IMG/VR virus record: IMGVR_UViG_3300008114_000015 | Origin: an uncultured virus (IMG/VR IMGVR_UViG_3300008114_000015) | Taxonomy: Duplodnaviria; Heunggongvirae; Uroviricota; Caudoviricetes | Reading direction: 5' to 3' (one strand) | DNA: 20,000 nucleotides | The notes under the pieces: model-generated | What the model was told of the DNA's origin: nothing | Database searches by the model: none | Seen by the model: only the letters and a program-made list of their open reading frames with translations | Made by a program: the position numbers and the translations under genes | Shown: positions 1 to 5,686 of the stretch, one piece after another | Position numbering within the stretch: the stretch's first letter is position 1 | How the letters are laid out: each line of letters opens with the position of its first letter

Positions 1-350
1 CAACTGAGTCTATTGAAGTATGGGGGGATGGAGAGCAACTACGCTCATTCTTATACATAGATGAATGCATTAAGTTTACGAAAGAGTTTTACAGAGAAAA
101 AGATTATCTACACCCTATAAACATAGGATCCACAGAAACTGTTTCTATTAACACTTTGGTGGATATTGTTTGCGATATTGCTGGAAAAAACTTATCTAAA
201 GTTCACATAGAGGGTCCAACTGGCGTTAGGGCTAGAACCTCAGACAATGAACTTATTAAGTTTATTTTAGGTGAGGCTCCTAAAGAGGATTTAAGAGGTG
301 GCTTAGAGGAGACCTACAGGTGGATATCAAGCCTAGTAAAGACCGGATAG
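1..350 (+). CDS. NAD-dependent epimerase/dehydratase, GDP-mannose 3',5'-epimerase-like (5'-truncated by window edge)
   Basis: Frame starting at base 3 is open and reads TESIEVWGDGEQLRSFLYIDECI...PINIGSTETVSINTLVDIVCDIAGK...HIEGPTGVRARTSDNELIK...GLEETYRWI. WGDGxQxRSFxYIDEC, PxNIGS and GPxGVRxRxSDN are characteristic of the GME-like extended SDR C-terminus. The listed ORF start at 156 is an internal codon. Confidence 0.85.
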   Translation, partial: TESIEVWGDGEQLRSFLYIDECIKFTKEFYREKDYLHPINIGSTETVSINTLVDIVCDIAGKNLSKVHIEGPTGVRARTSDNELIKFILGEAPKEDLRGGLEETYRWISSLVKTG

Positions 351-1393
351 TATTTAAACTGCATAACCCTTGCGGTCTTTTTAACCAAGTAACTTGTATA
401 GAAAATGCTGTAGCACTTTCTCATTTTTTAAAAAAAGACCTTTTAATTCATCATATCTTTAACAAGCCTTGGAGTTCTGATATTGAAAAGGGTATTGGCA
501 TTTACTCGGCAAATCGTTGGTACAACAAAAGAAAGTTTGTAAATAACGACTTAACCCCAAGAATCACAGATTTAATAGATGTACATCCGTATGGAGAAGT
601 TGAATACCTTGATAAAGAGTTGAATATAGAAGCAAATGTCTTTACTCAGTATTTTTATAATTTTTCTGACAATGCTTTTAATGAAGATAAGTTTTGCGCT
701 GGTAAAAGAAAGTTTATGCCTGAATTTATAGATCACTATAGTTTTAAATGGACTCTTGGTTGGTACTCTGTATTTTTTATGAACCGAACTCCGGAGGTAG
801 AAAAAGCCCTTTCTTTAACAAAGTTTAAGCCGGAGTATCAACAGTTTGCCAAAATGATTGCTGACAGCTTAGGAGACTTTGTAGGCGCTCATATAAGAAG
901 AACAGACCATAGATTTGATTACGCTACTGAAGAACAGGTTATGGAAGGCATAGCTACCTTAACACCCGGGTATCCAGTAGTGGTGGCTACAGATGACCCG
1001 TGGAGCAAAACTGTGCTAAACACCGGAGCATTGGTATTAGAGAACTACATAGAAAAAGAATTTTCTAAAGAGTTTCAAGAATTAAAATTTACAGACGAAG
1101 TAACTTTAGGATTAATATCTAACCTAGTAATGTGCCATGCAAAAGACTTTATAGGTACTCAAGGAAGTACGTTTACAGGTTATATACAACGACATGTAGG
1201 GGGAAACATGAGGTTGTTTGGAGAGATGCCATATGAGCAAACTGGTCCATACACATGGAACGGGTATAAGTTTCCTGAGCTTAGATCAGCAGAAGAAAAC
1301 AAAAAGATGAACTACACATCTGTTTTGCATGAGTGGGACGTCCACTGGTGGCGGGAATGGCCCGAATCTAAACTATTCCCAGAACTTGTCTAG
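320..1393 (+). CDS. GDP-fucose protein O-fucosyltransferase family glycosyltransferase (GT-B fold)
   Basis: Motifs GLFNQ..(A)..L (N-terminal), GAHIRRTD (HxRxxD), VVVATDD and MCHAKDFIGTQGSTFTGYI (FIGTxxSTF) match O-FucT/GT11/GT23/GT65/GT68-type enzymes. GAGGAG at 306-311 lies 8 nt before GTG 320. Confidence 0.8.
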   Translation: MDIKPSKDRIVFKLHNPCGLFNQVTCIENAVALSHFLKKDLLIHHIFNKPWSSDIEKGIGIYSANRWYNKRKFVNNDLTPRITDLIDVHPYGEVEYLDKELNIEANVFTQYFYNFSDNAFNEDKFCAGKRKFMPEFIDHYSFKWTLGWYSVFFMNRTPEVEKALSLTKFKPEYQQFAKMIADSLGDFVGAHIRRTDHRFDYATEEQVMEGIATLTPGYPVVVATDDPWSKTVLNTGALVLENYIEKEFSKEFQELKFTDEVTLGLISNLVMCHAKDFIGTQGSTFTGYIQRHVGGNMRLFGEMPYEQTGPYTWNGYKFPELRSAEENKKMNYTSVLHEWDVHWWREWPESKLFPELV

Positions 1394-2113
1394 TTTTCCA
1401 GAATTATCTAGATATCCAACTTCCCAACCTGGTTGAGGACGCTTGCACCAGAATGTGGTGTGAACATACCTAGTACCGCTTGTTATTGGTCTAATTCCGT
1501 GTGGATTCATAATGTGACCGCTAAACATTACAAGCATTCCTGGCTTTGGTTTAATCTCAAAGTTATTGTGATAAGGAAAATATAATTCCCCACCCTCAAA
1601 GTCATCATTCATGTAAATCATGCCAGTGTAGTTTTTTGTAGTGCAATGTCGTCTGTACAAAGCCTCTTCGTCTGCCGTAAAGAAGGAAGAATCAAAATCT
1701 GCTGGAAGTTTGGATCGATCAAAGTCTGGGTCTATGTAGTCAATATGAGGACCTTGATGAAAAGGCGGATACCAACGAACCGCTTCCCAACTCTCTAGTT
1801 GAAAAGAGTCTTGCGTTACATTAAAGAAATCAGCCACCTGTTCTTTAGCGGACTTCATGATTGGGTAAGCCCTCTTAAAAAGCTCTGGATGGCTTCTAGT
1901 GTTGTAGAGACTGTTGAACTCTACCTTTCGGTTATCCCACTGCTTGGACACCAGCTCATAGTCTCTGCCGTCTGGGAAAGCCTCTCTTTTAGCGTTATTG
2001 AAGGCCCAAAGATTCTTTTCTGTTACGTAGTCTATAAACCAATCGCACTCTTCCTTAGGGACAAAATCCTCAATAATCCTAAGGTGAGGAGAGTCATAAG
2101 TAGTAACTTTCAT
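1373..2113 (-). CDS. 2OG-Fe(II) oxygenase, prolyl-4-hydroxylase-like
   Basis: HID facial-triad motif, IYMNDDFEGGELYFP, KPKPGMLVMF, distal H in HGIRPITSGTRY with the 2OG-binding Arg. Start moved to ATG 2113 (MKVTTY) because TG-N-TATACT sits 7 nt upstream. The 3' end overlaps the convergent glycosyltransferase by 21 nt. Confidence 0.88.
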   Translation of the reverse strand: MKVTTYDSPHLRIIEDFVPKEECDWFIDYVTEKNLWAFNNAKREAFPDGRDYELVSKQWDNRKVEFNSLYNTRSHPELFKRAYPIMKSAKEQVADFFNVTQDSFQLESWEAVRWYPPFHQGPHIDYIDPDFDRSKLPADFDSSFFTADEEALYRRHCTTKNYTGMIYMNDDFEGGELYFPYHNNFEIKPKPGMLVMFSGHIMNPHGIRPITSGTRYVHTTFWCKRPQPGWEVGYLDNSGKLDKFWE

Positions 2114-2130
2114 GCTCAAAAGTATACCAG
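2114..2130 (-). promoter_or_regulatory. Extended -10 promoter giving a probable leaderless mRNA for the 2OG oxygenase
   Basis: Minus strand reads ctTGgTATACT-like (TGG TATACT, + coords 2121-2129), then 7 nt, then ATG; no SD sequence present. Confidence 0.6.
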
Positions 2131-2215
2131 CATGCAAAGACAAAGACCAAAGGCTCTTGGACAATAGTAAGGCGCCCCGATCAGGCGCTATACCACTCTA
2201 GAGAAAAGGTAAATA

Positions 2216-2749
2216 ATGGCAAGAGATACTGGATACCCTCAGGTCTCGGGCGGAAATATCGCCGTAGACTTTGTATGGGGTAACTTCCCAATGCAGCCAG
2301 ATGATGACCGTACTGGTACTGCAACTCAAATTAGCACCGGAGACGTTGCGTATGACAAAGGCTGGGGCGCAACAACCCTAGTTAACAGCGCAGCTCTAAC
2401 CAAGACTGCTATCAGCAAGACACTTAACAATGGTATTTCCCAGAGCGTTGAGAACAACCACAGCGTTGCTCTAAACAACTGGAACAAGTACCCAGATTAC
2501 GATGCAGTTGCTCCATACTTGGATACAACTGATCAAGCCGCTGTTCCTAACGTAGTTGGTCTAAGCGAGTCTGCAGCTAATACTGCTCTCGTTGCAGCTG
2601 GCTTTGTAAAGGGCGCTGTAACAACTACAGCAGATGGCGCAACCGCAGAAAACGATGGTCTAGTAAAGACTCAGACCCCTGCTGCTGCGGCAGTAAAGAA
2701 CCTTGGAGATGCAGTAGCGCTCGTCAAGTACGCTTACGTAGCTCCGTAA
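2216..2749 (+). CDS. PASTA domain-containing protein (single C-terminal PASTA, no signal peptide, no kinase)
   Basis: VPNVVGLSESAANTALVAAGF...GLVKTQTPAAAAVKNLGDAVAL fits the PASTA consensus (vPdvvG.s...A...L...Gl...G.V..Q.P..G..v..G..v.l). Purine-rich RBS gagaaaaggt before ATG. Codon usage resembles the capsid gene. Confidence 0.8.
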   Translation: MARDTGYPQVSGGNIAVDFVWGNFPMQPDDDRTGTATQISTGDVAYDKGWGATTLVNSAALTKTAISKTLNNGISQSVENNHSVALNNWNKYPDYDAVAPYLDTTDQAAVPNVVGLSESAANTALVAAGFVKGAVTTTADGATAENDGLVKTQTPAAAAVKNLGDAVALVKYAYVAP

Positions 2750-2764
2750 TAAAACTAAATAGCG

Positions 2765-2804
2765 CAAAGGCCGGTGGAGTTAAACTCCCCGGCCTTTGGC
2801 ATTT
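2765..2804. terminator. Bidirectional hairpin/terminator between convergent PASTA and transglycosylase genes
   Basis: CAAAGGCCGG-T-GGAG-TTAAA-CTCC-CCGGCCTTTG long inverted repeat located between two stop codons. Confidence 0.75.
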
Positions 2805-2809
2805 GTAAG

Positions 2810-3343
2810 TTAGATAGTTGGGAACAGTGCGTAAAACTGTTCGAATCGTTCTCCGTTGTTGCTTCCCGGATAAACTTTCCAGGAAGACCAATCAACGCCC
2901 CCGCCAGTCATAAAGAAGGCGATTTTGGCATTGGTAACAGGATCAAATAGTTCCTTGTTAGTTTCTAGGTTGAACTTGACACGTCGGTCTTCTCCTAAAC
3001 CTCCCAGCATATTAATCTGAAAGATTCCGTAAGAGTTGTCTCCGGTACTTAAGTCCCCGTTGTGGGCACGTGGTCTACCGTTAGACTCCTTCATGGCAAC
3101 AGCCCAAGCGGTCCTGAGGGCCTTTCCCTCAAACCCGACCGCTGCAAGAAGCTCTTTAAGATCTGCCTCAGTTAACACCTTGGCATTCTCAAACTTCTCT
3201 AAAGGGTTCACCACTACAACCTCTTGAACTACTTCTTGTTTTGGACCATCGTCCGCAACAGCGTGTGGGATGGTCCCAAGCGCAAAGCCGTAGATCAAAA
3301 GTATCGCAGCCTTCTCCCGCTTTACTTTTCTGATATTAAGCAT
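2810..3343 (-). CDS. Secreted lytic transglycosylase / lysozyme-like (SLT-type, Rpf-like fold) protein
   Basis: AVAMKES (catalytic Glu-Ser), SYGIFQIN (GxxQ), LFDPVTNAKIA and WSSW motifs. The N-terminus has a basic n-region, a hydrophobic stretch and an AVA|D cleavage site. SD AGAGGAG at 3349-3355 (minus strand). Confidence 0.88.
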   Translation of the reverse strand: MLNIRKVKREKAAILLIYGFALGTIPHAVADDGPKQEVVQEVVVVNPLEKFENAKVLTEADLKELLAAVGFEGKALRTAWAVAMKESNGRPRAHNGDLSTGDNSYGIFQINMLGGLGEDRRVKFNLETNKELFDPVTNAKIAFFMTGGGVDWSSWKVYPGSNNGERFEQFYALFPTI

Positions 3344-3397
3344 TACTGCTCCTCTCAGTGGCGAAAAGCCACCATCACTGGTGGCTCATCAGGTTTA

Positions 3398-3428
3398 ACC
3401 ATACCACATGCGTTACAACCCAAGTCAA
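3398..3428 (-). promoter_or_regulatory. Sigma-A-type promoter for the transglycosylase
   Basis: Minus strand TTGACT (3423-3428), 19-nt spacer ending in TGG, then TATGGT (3398-3403). Extended -10 present; the spacer is long. Confidence 0.55.
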
Positions 3429-3570
3429 AACGAACTAAATATTATTTTTACGCGTATATATGTAGACAAATCGGACATATTTACAGTATAAATAACTAAT
3501 CAATCTTTTATATATGTGACAATAGTCGCAGAATAATACGGTGCCTCAAGATAACGATAGGGATTTATAC

Positions 3571-3831
3571 ATGTCACTTTTAGATTGGTCCGGAGTTGCA
3601 GCCTCCCTCACAGCAACAGCAGTAGTGTTCATAGCTTTTGGCAGATGGGTGATTAAAGCATACTTAGAAGAGCTAAAGCCAAACGGCGGAGAAAGTCTTT
3701 CAGATAAGATCAAACTAGAAATCCTGCCCATGCTCACCGAAATAAAGGCAGATTTAGCCGAGATGAAGGGTCGTCTCGATCAGCACCTTACCGAAGGTGA
3801 TAAGCCCAAGACCCGCAAGCGTTCGAAGTAG
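3571..3831 (+). CDS. Small single-pass membrane protein with PNGGxSL motif and coiled coil (actinophage lysis-region type)
   Basis: N-terminal TM segment WSGVAASLTATAVVFIAFG, then ELKPNGGESLSDKI and a heptad stretch. ATG 3571 is preferred over GTG 3541. Confidence 0.65.
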   Translation: MSLLDWSGVAASLTATAVVFIAFGRWVIKAYLEELKPNGGESLSDKIKLEILPMLTEIKADLAEMKGRLDQHLTEGDKPKTRKRSK

Positions 3832-3873
3832 TACACTAGTGGGACGGGCGTTGCCCGCTACACAAGGAGAACT

Positions 3874-4143
3874 ATGAATAAAGCGATGATTGAATCGTAT
3901 GCTCGTAACTTGCTTGGTCAAGTTATCGGAGCTGTTGTAATCGTAAGCCAAACTAGCGGAATTGCTAGTCCATTGGAATTTGGATCTGCGGAGTGGTTGC
4001 TTGTAGCAAACGCTTTGTGGTCATCTCTTGTTCCTACTGCACTTCGTTGGTTCAATAAGAAAGATCCAGCGTTTGGTCGAGTTGCTACATCTCTCGCTTC
4101 TGAGGTAACTAAGAAGTTAGAAGCAAAGGCAAAGAAGAAGTAA
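3874..4143 (+). CDS. Small two-TM membrane protein, putative holin
   Basis: Strong SD AAGGAG, two hydrophobic segments, LRWFNKKDPAFG motif and a highly basic C-terminal tail (KKLEAKAKKK). Confidence 0.55.
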   Translation: MNKAMIESYARNLLGQVIGAVVIVSQTSGIASPLEFGSAEWLLVANALWSSLVPTALRWFNKKDPAFGRVATSLASEVTKKLEAKAKKK

Positions 4144-4144
4144 C

Positions 4145-4357
4145 ATGAAATGTTTTAACTGTCCAGACTCAGCACTTTATGTTGTAGCAGATCCAGGAGT
4201 AAGTCCTGTCTATTACTGCCATAAGTGTCTTCCCGCCTTTCTAAGACCACGTGCTGAGGCTGGGCAGTTAAACATCCCAACACAAACAACGCCAAAGAAA
4301 AAGAAAAAGGCGGCCGACGCACCATCAGAGACAACTGATGAGAGTAACGAGGATTGA
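4145..4357 (+). CDS. Small CxxC...CxxC zinc-finger protein with Lys-rich tail
   Basis: MKCFNC...YYCHKCLP, PKKKKKA; starts 1 nt after the upstream stop. Confidence 0.65.
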   Translation: MKCFNCPDSALYVVADPGVSPVYYCHKCLPAFLRPRAEAGQLNIPTQTTPKKKKKAADAPSETTDESNED

Positions 4358-4598
4358 TGCGCCTCAGGCGCACCCTGTTCCAAAGCAGGTATTAGAACCT
4401 CAGGGTCCATTCCCTAGAGAGTTATTTAATGAAAAACCTATTGTTGATGATTACGTGCCAGAATCATCAGAAGACGGATCTAATTTTCCAGTAGGGGCAA
4501 CAGCGCAGAATAACTACACAGCGCCAAGAATTATGATCTGCAAAGTATGTGACGCTAGGGTTCTTGAGAATAAGACCGGGGATCACGTCTGTGAGTAA
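4338..4598 (+). CDS. Hypothetical protein with C-terminal CxxC...HxC zinc-binding motif
   Basis: ICKVCDARVLENKTGDHVCE; fills the gap in a tightly packed operon. Confidence 0.6.
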   Translation: MRVTRIDAPQAHPVPKQVLEPQGPFPRELFNEKPIVDDYVPESSEDGSNFPVGATAQNNYTAPRIMICKVCDARVLENKTGDHVCE

Positions 4599-4600
4599 TC

Positions 4601-5056
4601 GTGGCTAAATTTAACGACAATTATTACCAACGCACCAGGCAGTCTAGGGCGGACCTTGAGAATAAAAAACTCAACCTTTCTTTACGTGGTCGTGAGAAAG
4701 TATTTGACGATTGGCAGATTGTTAATACGCAAGAACCTGAAAAAGAACGAGAGACTGAGCCAGCCTTTAAGGTAATGAATGCCCCCACCACTAATCCAGA
4801 CAGACCGCGAGCGCTAAAGATTGCGTATAGCGCAGAAGCTCAAAAGCTTGTAGTCAAGTTCAGAGGCAAAAAAGGCGCTGAAAACAACGGACCTTGGATT
4901 GAGTACTATGACATTCCTGTAGAGTTCTGGAACGATTTGAAAGCATCTAACTCAACTGGGTTATACTTGCGCTATAGCGGACTGGACGATCAGCCTTGGG
5001 GTTACTTTAACCCCGCGGAGATGCCGGCAGAGACAAGGGTTATGTTTAACGATTGA
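4601..5056 (+). CDS. KTSC domain-containing protein
   Basis: IAYSAEAQKLVVKFR...IEYYDIPVEFWNDLKASNSTGLYLR matches the KTSC pattern (gYd.....L.v.F....Y.Y..Vp...y..l..a.S.G.yf). Confidence 0.7.
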   Translation: MAKFNDNYYQRTRQSRADLENKKLNLSLRGREKVFDDWQIVNTQEPEKERETEPAFKVMNAPTTNPDRPRALKIAYSAEAQKLVVKFRGKKGAENNGPWIEYYDIPVEFWNDLKASNSTGLYLRYSGLDDQPWGYFNPAEMPAETRVMFND

Positions 5057-5349
5057 TGAAAACTTACGGACCACTATACGTTGGAACTCTTAGGTATCCT
5101 CATAAAAATCTTTTGCCTATTGTTGAGGTAGGAACTACCCAAGAGACTGAAATCCCTTTTAGAAAGGGCAAGTGCCTTGTGTTTAGGGCACCTTTTACAA
5201 CTAAAAGCTTTTATTTAGGAATCCTGTTTAAAACGGTTGTTGACCCTCACCTTTTGACAGATGAGGATATTGACCTAATCATGATGAACGCTATGAAAGG
5301 CAGAACTGCCTGGACACCAAAGGACGGTTTATATGATGAAACTTTTTAA
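5056..5349 (+). CDS. Hypothetical protein
   Basis: ATG overlaps the upstream stop (TGATG coupling); 97-aa ORF in operon context. Confidence 0.6.
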   Translation: MKTYGPLYVGTLRYPHKNLLPIVEVGTTQETEIPFRKGKCLVFRAPFTTKSFYLGILFKTVVDPHLLTDEDIDLIMMNAMKGRTAWTPKDGLYDETF

Positions 5350-5584
5350 AAAGAAAGAGCCGTTGACTAAACCCTTTGATGAAAGAATCGTAAAAAGGGT
5401 AAAAAAGATTCCCACCGGAGAACTTATCCTTTGGGTGGACCAGGCTATGTACGACCTTGGTCGCTGCCTTACTCAATTTGAAAAAGGTCGGGATACCAAA
5501 ATCCTTAAAGAAGCCTTGACTGGGGCCGAGGCTATCCATGCCGTGGTGGACGAACTGCACACCCGCATGACCAAGATTTCTTAA
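5333..5584 (+). CDS. Hypothetical alpha-helical protein upstream of terminase
   Basis: Overlaps the previous ORF; amphipathic helical pattern; no recognisable motif. Confidence 0.6.
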   Translation: MMKLFKKKEPLTKPFDERIVKRVKKIPTGELILWVDQAMYDLGRCLTQFEKGRDTKILKEALTGAEAIHAVVDELHTRMTKIS

Positions 5585-5596
5585 TTGCTCTATAAT
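5567..5596 (+). promoter_or_regulatory. Putative sigma-A promoter
   Basis: ATGACC, 18-nt spacer, then perfect TATAAT at 5591-5596. Confidence 0.5.
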
Positions 5597-5635
5597 TTAC
5601 CTACCTCACTTCCTTCTCCCCGTGTGGCAGCACTC

Positions 5636-5667
5636 AGCCTTGGTTAAAAGCCAAGGCTTTGTGTTTT
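5636..5667 (+). terminator. Intrinsic terminator
   Basis: AGCCTTGG(TT)-AAA-(AG)CCAAGGCT hairpin followed by TTGTGTTTT. Confidence 0.75.
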
Positions 5668-5686
5668 ATTCTAGACTTAGGTAAGT

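Noticed and set aside
1799..2167. 122-aa + strand ORF (also 3036-3227, 3224-3499, 5291-5560 and other short antisense ORFs)
   Set aside because: Antisense to well-supported genes or crossing regulatory gaps, with no SD or motifs.
3361..3393. Hammerhead ribozyme (minus strand has CUGAUGA followed by a stem)
   Set aside because: The stem is followed by UUUUCG rather than the required GAAA, and no stems I/III or cleavage triplet can be formed. The GAAA is on the opposite strand.
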